A DNA stretch of 64,000 bases. Origin: a virus. Shown here in pieces: positions 54,801 to 64,000 of this stretch (its first letter is position 1; the number at the start of each line of letters is the position of its first letter). Location of the stretch: the IMG/VR virus record IMGVR_UViG_3300008267_007212, one strand, 5' to 3'. The notes under the pieces were generated by a model. That model was not told where the DNA came from and ran no database searches. It was given only the letters and a program-made list of their open reading frames with translations. Position numbers and translations under genes: made by a program.

Positions 54801-57800
54801 AAGTTCAATGGTGCCATCTTGAATTCCGACAGTGATCACTGTATTAGGGAATACTTGAATCATGAACCATTTGCCTTGACCATTGTTGTTAATTTTAACC
54901 AGATCCTGCGATCGCAAAGTTAAATCATTCAATTGAGCACTAGTTTCGATAGTATATGTCGGTTTTACTGTTCTATCAAACCCCCGAGCATACCAATCTT
55001 TATATTGCCAGTATTCACTGGTTGCATAACTCTGTACTCTATTTAAATTCCATTCATTTTGTACTTGATAATAGGTATAGTCGTCAATATTAAATGTTGC
55101 ACCGGTTGTAATAGTTTGATTTACAGTATATGTGATGCTGTTATATCTGACGATTGTATTTGTTAAATACCGAGTATTTGGTTGCCACTCGTCGATCACT
55201 CCGTCTTTAATATAGATAGTCCATAAATTATCTACAGAACTGTCATTCTGTACTAATACCTTGTAGCCCATCGGAAGGATTGCGATATTTATGTAGCTTA
55301 ATTCTTCAAGATTAGTTACGACTAAATCATACGCACCAGAATTAGGCACAGGTTCAGGTTCGCCTTCACTTAGTCTGGTTAAATCATATCCTTGACTAAT
55401 AACATTTAAATCGAATATAGAATTAACATAAAGAACCATTTCTCGAATAGCTTCGTTTCTATCGATAAACATGCTTTGTCGAGGTCTGATATCAATTCCG
55501 TATCTATTTTGCACTGCAAGAGTTGGGTCTGGCACAGGATTACCAAATCTGTCAATTCCGCTGGCACTGTCTAATAGCTTATTGTATATGTTCTCTGGAA
55601 TGTCAGCCGATTTATTATTGGTATCTGACAGCAGTGCATATTCATTATGGATAATGTTACTGTTTAATAGTGTTGCATAATCTAAATGAAATATAATATC
55701 TCTACCCACTGCTTCGTTGACCATATTATAAAAAGCAATCGAATCGTCTCTTACTGCGGCAAAGTATTTCACTCCACTGTTCTTAGGAGATGCAATATAA
55801 CTTGCAACAGTTGTGGTAGGAATAGTTCTTCCAAATTGATTGGCAGAAACGGTTGTTTTATTTTTTACCCAGAAATAGTATTTTACTGTGGCAAAATTTG
55901 TAGCAGGATCTATGTAGGTTAATGTTACATATGCACCATTTCCACTGTATTTGGGTTCTCCGTCACCGCCGTTTGCAACATACTGACTAGGAGGATATAA
56001 ACTTTCTACCCATTCGTAGACGTCAATACTGCTGCTAGGGAATACTCGCCCCCAGTTTGTGGTTCTATATTTAATACTACCTTGCTCATAATCAATATAC
56101 CTGACAGTGCTTAAATCCCACCACAATTGTCCTACTTGTTGATCAGTCCAATAAAGATTATTATTAACGCTTACATCGTCGGCACTAGCATTATTATAGA
56201 TAGCAGGATCATAATCAATTTTATAAGTAAGTTCCTGTTCAGCCAGTCCAAGAATTTTACCTTTTGCTGGATCGATATAATCTAAGTTATATTGAACTGT
56301 TTGTGTTAATGCATTATAGGTATATGCTTTAATAATACCATTAATATCAACCTTAGGTTCTTGACTTCTGAGTACGTCCCATCCTAATAGATTTGTCGGA
56401 TTAGCAAACTTATAAACTCTTCCACCATTGAATGCTAATTGTTTATTATTCTTAGATCCAACAATTAATTCGTATTTGCTAATAGATATGGCACTACCAA
56501 ATCCATCATTTGTTTTTAATCCATCATTTGTAGTTGTAGGAGTTAGCTGTTGTATGAAAGTAAATATACCAGGAGTTTCTATGGTTGATAAGTTATTTGG
56601 CAAGTATGAATAAATCCAGACTGCGCCGCTATCGTCTACTGGTTCGCTGAAGATTGTCAATTCCCCGTCAAACGTTGTAGGATTTGGTGTATATATTTTA
56701 GAGTTATCAAAAACAGTAGATTGTAGTGTTGCTGCAATATCGCTGGCCACCACTAGTATATCACTGTTGTTGTTTATTTTAACAAGTTTTCCAAAGTAGT
56801 CGTATGATTTAGTTGAATTATTGTAGATAATATCCACTTCTGGAAAAATATCTAGTCCTAAATCTGTAATTGCTGTGCCTACGCCAGGTAACACATTTAA
56901 TTTATTAAATGTAACTTCTGAGTCACTAACCAATTTCAATTTATTATTTTCGATACTTGCAGTGACACCAGGAATCTTAGGACCAATGGGTTCACCGAGT
57001 GCATTTACATTATTGATAGCATTAACTACACTTGACAATGAGGTGTCAGTGAATTGTACGGCATAGTTATTAATTCTAATAGAATCTCCGCTATTTACAG
57101 TAGCGTTAGCTTTAGTTCCTACTATTTCACCGTATACTTTTCCTTGATTCAGGAATCGATATACGGCCCCGTTATATAAATTAACTTCGGACTGATAAGG
57201 AGCTCCTATATAAAGACTACAACTATTTGTGCATATATCCAAACTATAACCAAATTGTTGATCCGTGAATGGTTGTGCTGGCACTGTCGTTTGTATCGGA
57301 TGGAATACATTGGTTTCTATAGTTAATATTTTACTTTGCCCAGGTGGATTGTAAAATGTTATTAGATTTAGCGTACTATTACTGACATACCAATCTACTC
57401 CAACAAATTTTTCTATATTGTCGACGTACACTCTTGTGTATTGTGTGACTGTGGCTACTGCATTAAAAGTAACAGTAAGATTATCTTGTACAATAAAATT
57501 ATTAATCGATCTATTCCACAAATGCACTGCGCCGGAATCTGTATATGTTGTAATATTACCACCGATATTAGCAGTTACATCTTCCAATGGTGCACCAATC
57601 ATAATCTGTGATCCGTCAACTGTTGCACTCAAACTATAACCAAATTGACTACCCGCATTACCTGCTATTGTTCCTACTAAATTATATCCTGGTCTTTGTG
57701 AAATAACTATAGTTCCTGCAGGTGGAGGCAATGTGAATGAAATCGTTGAAGAGCTTAAAGTATAATCTCTATAAGGAACATATGTGGCCGAAGATCCCTG

Positions 57801-60800
57801 AACATAAATGGTTTCTGCACTCACTGGGACATACGGTAGAGTAAATGAACTAACTGATCCGTTCGGAGTTAATGTTACCACTTCTTGTTCAGGCACGGTA
57901 TTATCGTACCCATATATGTAAACAATGTCATCATCTGGCGCGCCAATATATAACCAGTTATCATCTGCGCTAATAGCAATACTAGTTCCAAAACTTCCTA
58001 CGTTAGCACTAATCGGCGATAATATTTGTGTGTCAGATAATGTTCCGACATTTTCTCTATTATATACAAAAACATAACCAATACCGTTACTACTCTCCGG
58101 AGCTCCAGTTATTACTTTGGTGTTTCCGCTTTCGATAACAGAACCCATCTTAACTGTGGCATTTGCACTAGAAGTAAGAGTCACATCCTCTACTAATACT
58201 CCATTAAAATTAATAACGTAGTTAGTAATAGCACCAACATTGCCATTATATCCGGGTTGTCCAATCACTGCAAAATTATCATCAGTTGCAAGATTTACCG
58301 CGGCACCAAATTGGAAATTATTTTCCAAAGTTCCTTTTTGTAATGCTGTGGTCAATCTCCACGGATCTGTCTTGTTGTAAACGGCCCAGTCTCCTGCAGA
58401 GTTATAGGAATTTACCCATACTTTATTGTTAACACTCCATCCAAGTCTAGGAGTCAAATTTGTGATCCCAAGAGGACTATCAACTTTCATGCTGATCAAT
58501 TTATATAATTGACCAGTCTGATTAAACGTACTAAATCCACGAAGATCTCCGGTAAATTCAACTATAAAACTAGTTAATCCGGTAACATTTTGTACTTTAT
58601 AAAATCCAGTAAATTTGTCTACTCCGGTTAATAAAATAGTATCATTTTTTACCAACCCGTGAGATTTATTTGTGTTTATTTTAACCTTTGTATTCAGGTC
58701 ATTACTTAAACTTATAACACTGCACTCAGAGTCTGACACTCTGTATACGTTCCAATTTTGTTGATAATCTTTTGCTATCCAAATTGTTGATCCGGCAGTT
58801 ATATTAGATATGTCTGCATTTAATGTAGAAACGTTGGTTAAATCAAATAACGTAAAGTCAATATCATCAATGCTAACATAACCCGCAGTTCGAATATCAT
58901 CGCTATAATCGCTGTCAACGGTTCTGTTTATTAAAAAAGGCGATGACCACGGAACTGAACTGGTTTTATACAATCCCTGATTGTCAGTGTACAGAGAACT
59001 AAACAACACAGAATTATTAGATCGAACTTCTAAGCTAGTTGGGTTACTCAATAAATATTTTTCCTCAAGCACCAGTTCTAAAAATTGGTTAGTTCCAGTG
59101 CTACCATAAGAACCAACTCTAAACGCCCAGTCTTCACTGACTGTTACATCGCTGGGACGTCCGCTAAAGCTAACTTTACCCAACGCATTAATTGCATTTA
59201 ATGTTCCTTTTTCTTTAATGAACCCTTGATAAAATTTAACTTGACTGGTATCATCTAGTCCCAAATCATTTAAATAACTTCTATCTCTGTAACCAATTAA
59301 TCCCAATGCGTATCGATCAAATTCGCTTTCTAAGTTAACTTTATCAACATTATAAAATGTCTCGCCTATTCCTGCGTTACGTGCAAAATTATTCAAAAGA
59401 CCTGTTTTAATTTTATTTCTATCGACTGGCAACCAATCACTGAATTTGAATTCAGTTGTGCCCGGTAAATTTTTACTGGCTGTGTAATAAAAGCTCTTAT
59501 ACTCGACCAAGTCTCCTTGTAAATAATCTTTATTCGGTCTCCAAGCAGCAACACCTGGTTGATTATAAACGAATCCCAGTGCAGATAATGTCCCGGTCCA
59601 CTCACCCGTCTTAGAACCTATAAGTTTTAACCGATATTGACGTTGCCCCATTATGGGATCGTAAATAATATCATTAAACTGTGTTCTATTATCAAAAATT
59701 AAAACATGTTCATATTGTACTAAATTAAGATCTACATATCCTATTAGGTCTGTGGTGCTAGTCAAAGATAAAACAAATGTATTGTTATCCCGGGCTACGG
59801 TATAGTTGTCTGTATTCAAAACTTTATAATTTTGATTTAATACTTTTGTGCCATAAAATGAATTATTGATTCCGTCAACTACGGCAGTAGTATTAAATAA
59901 TTTTAAATTATTAGAAGCAGGACTTAGAACAATAACACTGTTAATTGTCCACCCCTGTTGCGTCCAAAATAAAAATTCTTTAGTGCTTAATTGCCAATTT
60001 TTAATTTGAGCCAACGTTTCGTCATAGTAATCAAATTTAAATCCTTGTAATTGAAGGTATCGTTCATATCCACTGATAAAGTTTGCAACTTGTTGTAGTG
60101 TAGTTAATTCGGTGCCGTAAGGGATATTAATTTTAAAATTTGTAAACTCAGTGTAGTAATTTACAGTTCGCTTTTCTGACTTAACTAATTGATACTCTCC
60201 AGTCTGGGCAGGTGGCACAATTGTAAAATACGGTCTCTCATTGTCGTAGCCTGAGATAGTAAAACCATTTCCAGTTTTTTCTATTATTACTGCACTATAT
60301 CTAGAATTAAACACTGGAGTAGATTTATGTAGCGTTAGATTATAGTTGTCATCGGGGACAATAATAGTTTCGTTGGTGCTATTTGGACTATTTTGTTCAG
60401 CTAATATCTTTAAATAATTTTTGCCGCTGAACCCTGCCATTCTATAAGACAATTGAATAGAATAGTCCCTAACAAAATTTAACAATGGAGTTTTGTCTGT
60501 TGCTCCACGAGTTACTTGATAATCACTGATCCAGTTCAAATATCCTGAAGCTCTAGATATATCTCCTGACAAGTTTACATATCCATTGACATCAATGTCT
60601 TCTTGTGTAATTCTATTATTTGTGCCCGTTATTAAATATTGATCTAAATCGACATTATATCTATATTTGCTTGTTGTAATACCGTAAGCAAAATATTTTC
60701 CAGGATTAATTATTGCAGAGGTGTATTGCACTGCAAAAGGATACTCACTACTATTTCTCCAAGCAGTTTCAACTGGGCTGAACTGACCCATATTCCAATT

Positions 60801-63800
60801 ATCATTGAACTGTGTGGAATCATACTTATTGGTTAAAAGACCAATAGGCGGCAGTAATTGTCCGTTTTCATTTACTGGAATAAAGTTACTTAATCCAGGT
60901 CTTGCAAATTTAGTGTCAATGCCTACCCTGCTACCAGCTGCAATGTAACCAGCTTCTAAATCGTCCCATAAAATTTTATTACCAGAAGTATACGGAGCAG
61001 GACCATATGTAGATCTCCACCAGTCTGGTTCTTCACTGAATCCCAGCATTTCCCATGGTGCAGTATTAGGTCTCTGAGTATCATAAAAATACTGAAAACA
61101 TGCACGCCATGAACCAGGCAGTGCTTGACCATTGACTACATCTAATGCAGTGCTATAATTATAACTAAAAGCTGCATCATTTTGATATGTAGTATTCTCT
61201 ACATAATTCAAATTATTAACGCTAGCCCATTGCAAATAAAAACGAGATAATAAATTATTATACTGAGATATAGTATAGCCAGAGTCTCTGAATTTACCAG
61301 GAATCGAATCGTAAGGGGACACTAGTTTATCACTGTATTGAACTTTAATGTTATTGTAAATTCGTTTTTCTAATTCTAAAACAATATTATCTCTGAAATC
61401 GCCAAAACTAGGTGTTAAGCTGCCGTCGTGCCCCCTTATCATAACTTGGGGATTTGTATATGTTATGTCAGTATAAATTGCTGGTGTAAATTTTGGATAT
61501 AATCCTAATTTCGAAGGCGTTTCGGGAACCCAATTACCATCCGTGTCTTGATACTCAACAATTGTAAGAATGTTGCCAACTGCTAATGTTATATTGTTTT
61601 TTATACTGACCCCAGGGCCTGTTACTAAAAATTCATAATCACGTCCGTATAATAATTGACTACCGTTCAAATAAATTAAAATAGACCGATTACTTAATGT
61701 TTCATTTGAAAAAATGGTTGTAAGTTCATAATTACGTTGTTGCGGATTAAAGATATTGTAAGTTATTACATTTTTGTTATCTCCATATGGCACCATATCA
61801 CTGTAGTACCACGGAAAAGTCTTATCCTTAACTGAATTTATTTGTTTAATAATATAGTCCACTGCGCCAACAGGATCACTTGGATTGATCTGACTGCTGT
61901 TGCTTGCAATGTTTATAAACTTATTTTTAAATCTTATATATTCTTGCTGAGCATTAATTAATCCAGATGCAAAATTATATTTTTCGTCGCTCAAGAACAT
62001 AGAAGCAAAGCTAACAGGTGCGCTCTGCTGTAACATAGTACCAGACTGATTTTCGATATATAAATCTCTTAGATTGCTTACTCCTGGATAATTTCCAATA
62101 AAATATAAACTATTTTTACTCAATGAACCTATATGATTTCGTAATTCTCCTAACGTTGGAGTCCCTAAAATTCTATTTTGTGCATTTAAATTTAAATTAT
62201 CAGGGATCTGATAAAATCCAAGACTGCTGATATTTTTACTATAAACAAGAATATCTACTCTGTCATTGATTTGTAATTTAGCTTTCTTTATTACAATTAA
62301 AATTCCGTCTGGCACATTATACGCAAAATAATCATTGATTGATATTTCTTTAAAATTAACGTATATTAATATATTAGGTTTAACTGTTGCTACTTCTGGA
62401 ATAATATCAATTTTGAATGAATTGTCTACCCCATCATAGGTAAACGGTATATCTTGCATTTGCCTGGTAGTAGTATTAACATTGGTCCATACATTAAGTT
62501 TTGTAATACTACCATCTGTATTATTTTTATATAGTAATCCTGAATCTATTTTTTTAGTATAAACAACTTTGTCTATACCATAACTAAATGATTCAACATC
62601 AAAATTATTGTCAAACTGTATATCACCTATATTATTAAAATTTTTATAACTTAAAGGAAAACCTAAGATAGGATCAGCTGTTCCAGTGCCTGTCTTATAG
62701 CTAAAAATTTTAGTACCATTAAATTGTGTAGCAGAATTGATTACTGGATATTTTACACTATCAGAAAAACTAACGCCTTCATTGTCGAAAACATCAAATA
62801 AGGGAGGCTGATTTATACCAGTCTTACTTTGTCCTTCGATCCAAATTTTATCCAAAAAGTAAAAACTTTTACCGTTGTTAACCACTCCATTAAAAACACT
62901 AACAGTATTAAAATCTGATATGTCGTCAACAGGTATTAAATGTATTACTTCATTGGCCAACGGATCTCCCGACACATTTTCAAATGTTACTTGCCAGATT
63001 TTATCTCTAACTCCAGCATCGTTGTCAGCAGAAAAAATTACACGCATTCCTTGAACCAAACTGATACCGTCAACGAAAATAGAAGTTTTACCTTCAACTG
63101 ACAAAAATGCATTTGTGTATACTGTGTCAAATATATCAACAGGTGACTTGGCTGTTTTTCCAAAATTAATTAATTGCAAGTCTGCATCAAATTCTATAAT
63201 AGGGCGTTTTGCTCGTTGATTTGAGTCGAAAACTTGCGGAGTATTGTTATATAAACTGGTTAATTCAATTATATCTTTATGAAACCAACGATTTCTTCGA
63301 GTCCATGGATTAAGGTCTCTACTGGCTCTGCTAATAATAATGTAATCAGGATCAGACAAACTAGTATTAGTGTCTATATTTGTACTTCCGTAATACGCTC
63401 TTCCGATTATGTAAGGATAAATCGGAGTTCCATCACTGGCTTGTGTTGTAAAATATGCATATGTGCCATTGGGAAATTCTGGTGTTACACAAAAACGTCC
63501 ATTGTATTGATCTAGCGTACCGCTGTCTTGTACATAAGAGTAGTCTTCGATAAATGCTCCTGCCAGAAATTCGAATGTAATAGTTACCCCAGCTGATAGT
63601 GTAACACTGCTACTAAGTTGTATCTGACTTGCAGTACCTAAAAATGGTGGCAGTCCTACTGCTGTTTTTAATCCGTTATTAATTATCCACACACTGCCAG
63701 ATTCTAACCCGGCAGAATTAACCGTTATTCTCATACCAGGATTTAATCCATTGGTACTAGACACAGTAATTAAATTGCTATTAACAACATCAGCAGTAAC

Positions 63801-64000
63801 GGTAACAGTTTGTGCTACCGGTCTAAACAGTCCATCGTTAGATGATTCGTATGAACTTATCATACGAATAATAGAACTACTTGAATTTAACGGATTTGAA
63901 TACCCAAACGGTCCGTAAATAGGATATCCGTCTGCTGCAAATCCTATAAGTTTACTATGATTTGTTGCAGGATCTAAATATCCATTAGTAAATCCTGATA
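51843..64000 (-). CDS. giant (>4050 aa) virion structural protein, baseplate wedge-like; 5' end lies outside the window
   Basis: Frame stays open past ATG 63863 to the window edge (HSKLIGFAADGYPIYGPFGY, YHYH-like); FG-GAP-like propeller repeats; CBM5/12-like modules; GSGY repeats. Confidence 0.85.
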   Translation of the reverse strand, partial: SGFTNGYLDPATNHSKLIGFAADGYPIYGPFGYSNPLNSSSSIIRMISSYESSNDGLFRPVAQTVTVTADVVNSNLITVSSTNGLNPGMRITVNSAGLESGSVWIINNGLKTAVGLPPFLGTASQIQLSSSVTLSAGVTITFEFLAGAFIEDYSYVQDSGTLDQYNGRFCVTPEFPNGTYAYFTTQASDGTPIYPYIIGRAYYGSTNIDTNTSLSDPDYIIISRASRDLNPWTRRNRWFHKDIIELTSLYNNTPQVFDSNQRAKRPIIEFDADLQLINFGKTAKSPVDIFDTVYTNAFLSVEGKTSIFVDGISLVQGMRVIFSADNDAGVRDKIWQVTFENVSGDPLANEVIHLIPVDDISDFNTVSVFNGVVNNGKSFYFLDKIWIEGQSKTGINQPPLFDVFDNEGVSFSDSVKYPVINSATQFNGTKIFSYKTGTGTADPILGFPLSYKNFNNIGDIQFDNNFDVESFSYGIDKVVYTKKIDSGLLYKNNTDGSITKLNVWTNVNTTTRQMQDIPFTYDGVDNSFKIDIIPEVATVKPNILIYVNFKEISINDYFAYNVPDGILIVIKKAKLQINDRVDILVYSKNISSLGFYQIPDNLNLNAQNRILGTPTLGELRNHIGSLSKNSLYFIGNYPGVSNLRDLYIENQSGTMLQQSAPVSFASMFLSDEKYNFASGLINAQQEYIRFKNKFINIASNSSQINPSDPVGAVDYIIKQINSVKDKTFPWYYSDMVPYGDNKNVITYNIFNPQQRNYELTTIFSNETLSNRSILIYLNGSQLLYGRDYEFLVTGPGVSIKNNITLAVGNILTIVEYQDTDGNWVPETPSKLGLYPKFTPAIYTDITYTNPQVMIRGHDGSLTPSFGDFRDNIVLELEKRIYNNIKVQYSDKLVSPYDSIPGKFRDSGYTISQYNNLLSRFYLQWASVNNLNYVENTTYQNDAAFSYNYSTALDVVNGQALPGSWRACFQYFYDTQRPNTAPWEMLGFSEEPDWWRSTYGPAPYTSGNKILWDDLEAGYIAAGSRVGIDTKFARPGLSNFIPVNENGQLLPPIGLLTNKYDSTQFNDNWNMGQFSPVETAWRNSSEYPFAVQYTSAIINPGKYFAYGITTSKYRYNVDLDQYLITGTNNRITQEDIDVNGYVNLSGDISRASGYLNWISDYQVTRGATDKTPLLNFVRDYSIQLSYRMAGFSGKNYLKILAEQNSPNSTNETIIVPDDNYNLTLHKSTPVFNSRYSAVIIEKTGNGFTISGYDNERPYFTIVPPAQTGEYQLVKSEKRTVNYYTEFTNFKINIPYGTELTTLQQVANFISGYERYLQLQGFKFDYYDETLAQIKNWQLSTKEFLFWTQQGWTINSVIVLSPASNNLKLFNTTAVVDGINNSFYGTKVLNQNYKVLNTDNYTVARDNNTFVLSLTSTTDLIGYVDLNLVQYEHVLIFDNRTQFNDIIYDPIMGQRQYRLKLIGSKTGEWTGTLSALGFVYNQPGVAAWRPNKDYLQGDLVEYKSFYYTASKNLPGTTEFKFSDWLPVDRNKIKTGLLNNFARNAGIGETFYNVDKVNLESEFDRYALGLIGYRDRSYLNDLGLDDTSQVKFYQGFIKEKGTLNAINALGKVSFSGRPSDVTVSEDWAFRVGSYGSTGTNQFLELVLEEKYLLSNPTSLEVRSNNSVLFSSLYTDNQGLYKTSSVPWSSPFLINRTVDSDYSDDIRTAGYVSIDDIDFTLFDLTNVSTLNADISNITAGSTIWIAKDYQQNWNVYRVSDSECSVISLSNDLNTKVKINTNKSHGLVKNDTILLTGVDKFTGFYKVQNVTGLTSFIVEFTGDLRGFSTFNQTGQLYKLISMKVDSPLGITNLTPRLGWSVNNKVWVNSYNSAGDWAVYNKTDPWRLTTALQKGTLENNFQFGAAVNLATDDNFAVIGQPGYNGNVGAITNYVINFNGVLVEDVTLTSSANATVKMGSVIESGNTKVITGAPESSNGIGYVFVYNRENVGTLSDTQILSPISANVGSFGTSIAISADDNWLYIGAPDDDIVYIYGYDNTVPEQEVVTLTPNGSVSSFTLPYVPVSAETIYVQGSSATYVPYRDYTLSSSTISFTLPPPAGTIVISQRPGYNLVGTIAGNAGSQFGYSLSATVDGSQIMIGAPLEDVTANIGGNITTYTDSGAVHLWNRSINNFIVQDNLTVTFNAVATVTQYTRVYVDNIEKFVGVDWYVSNSTLNLITFYNPPGQSKILTIETNVFHPIQTTVPAQPFTDQQFGYSLDICTNSCSLYIGAPYQSEVNLYNGAVYRFLNQGKVYGEIVGTKANATVNSGDSIRINNYAVQFTDTSLSSVVNAINNVNALGEPIGPKIPGVTASIENNKLKLVSDSEVTFNKLNVLPGVGTAITDLGLDIFPEVDIIYNNSTKSYDYFGKLVKINNNSDILVVASDIAATLQSTVFDNSKIYTPNPTTFDGELTIFSEPVDDSGAVWIYSYLPNNLSTIETPGIFTFIQQLTPTTTNDGLKTNDGFGSAISISKYELIVGSKNNKQLAFNGGRVYKFANPTNLLGWDVLRSQEPKVDINGIIKAYTYNALTQTVQYNLDYIDPAKGKILGLAEQELTYKIDYDPAIYNNASADDVSVNNNLYWTDQQVGQLWWDLSTVRYIDYEQGSIKYRTTNWGRVFPSSSIDVYEWVESLYPPSQYVANGGDGEPKYSGNGAYVTLTYIDPATNFATVKYYFWVKNKTTVSANQFGRTIPTTTVASYIASPKNSGVKYFAAVRDDSIAFYNMVNEAVGRDIIFHLDYATLLNSNIIHNEYALLSDTNNKSADIPENIYNKLLDSASGIDRFGNPVPDPTLAVQNRYGIDIRPRQSMFIDRNEAIREMVLYVNSIFDLNVISQGYDLTRLSEGEPEPVPNSGAYDLVVTNLEELSYINIAILPMGYKVLVQNDSSVDNLWTIYIKDGVIDEWQPNTRYLTNTIVRYNSITYTVNQTITTGATFNIDDYTYYQVQNEWNLNRVQSYATSEYWQYKDWYARGFDRTVKPTYTIETSAQLNDLTLRSQDLVKINNNGQGKWFMIQVFPNTVITVGIQDGTIELKKNLYALEEFGLGFDADNFDTIRFDQNPGIETRQILQTLRDDIFIDQLDSKFLNLFFVFINYILDEQKYVDWLFKTSFINVLQKIQGLNQPAIYIKENQEFYKQYIEEVKPYKTTLREYVVDYLGYDNYNSYVSDFDVPPTYDSVLKTTRSPSGEFIQDARFLQQPEYANWLSNYAYSIASIDIIDGGSGYTLPPIITITGSRNGNDAVARALITDGVLTKIVLLYPGSDYVTTPVITITGGNGSGAIARANLVNGLVRNIKTTLVYDRYTYSTTIVDWKPDTTFTQGTIIDYNGVAYIVNQTFTSPTTFNSNVLVNLTVYPIDNINNANDRIQAYYQPELGQPGKDLSLLQSGIDYPGVKVQGPTFSDNGGFGGSGPEPPLEGISAADGFDATLFDPLEFDENGIPILSDAILDAKITSTFNDITLGTKPEDIIVDGGPFVYSYFTEWKANRYYDKGDLISYNDKVWYVVTPTTTGNVFSTANLTIYNVGPYASHAPEEMVPGRVYDTLDMTISTIATDPTVSYYTNWSTGSGIQLDYIQIIDPGSGYSPADIGVTIVGGGYFTQGQAQVILNSNGSATSFQVVNNGGGYDTTPQVVITGANTSPIIATAIMKLSISPSGNAWPMMSYRIFKDMNDNFTYLREDGASTTTLAANLSLTDTTIQVVDASKLATPSSNGGQPGVVYINGERITYYSKDNTTNILGRIRRGTGGTGAKNHFVGNIVLDGSQNQIIPNSGDSVWYARSQGPGTINVNVYSSTLEGVGTTFTTLTPGTQIFAGVKDENAVESTLGNSSTSSTFTRQQLIGTIDNVVSDTVAILAVTKRNPDVPEGNPVEWAYISANNTPYFVAANISNVTVRYTGNITANTSSNIITGNGTIFLAELNVGNDLYDNGGNIVGTISNVISNTSAYISNNSLVNLTDERFTTYYTFESNVAFAQTNIWYNLGNSAQANANGVLGNTTASNGQGLFNANTLQVSFLKQGLQG

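Noticed and set aside
1-64000. Bacterial chromosome or eukaryotic giant virus origin; tRNA, rRNA, intron, DGR or transposon content
   Set aside because: SD sites, sigma70 plus T4-like late motifs, T4-type RNase H and tail genes point to a large tailed phage; no cloverleaf, reverse transcriptase, homing endonuclease or transposase was recognisable by eye (tRNAscan-SE and Infernal would confirm)

Overview
This is a densely packed, AT-rich 64-kb segment of a large (jumbo-like, T4-style) tailed phage genome, with no rRNA, tRNA, CRISPR array or mobile element that I can support. The + strand arm (1-26.4 kb) holds a 7-deazaguanine pathway (folE, queD, queE and a DpdL-type QueD paralogue). That pathway is interleaved with a glycosyltransferase, a miniature DegT, a PRTase, a MazG-like enzyme and two extra radical SAM genes. 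The arm continues with T4-like RNase H, a MoxR AAA+/VWA-peptidase pair, DHFR, thymidylate synthase, two NDP-sugar enzymes and many small hypotheticals. The - strand arm (64-26.4 kb) starts with a >4000-aa virion protein and tail-fibre genes. These are followed by a ~21-kb tailoring operon: about 5 glycosyltransferase-like genes, an SGNH protein, 7 N-terminal-twitch radical SAM enzymes, a carbamoyltransferase, 2 sulfotransferase-like genes and an APS kinase-nucleotidyltransferase fusion. The arm ends in a GNAT + ART-like putative injected effector. Sigma70 promoters and T4-like late (TAAATA) motifs are both present. The strongest candidates for new biology are (1) a preQ1-I-like riboswitch pseudoknot in the queD leader, in a pathway that appears to stop at CDG/7-deazaguanine, and (2) the tail-linked radical-SAM/glycosyl/carbamoyl/sulfo modification operon. 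All calls come from reading motifs by eye; no database searches were run.
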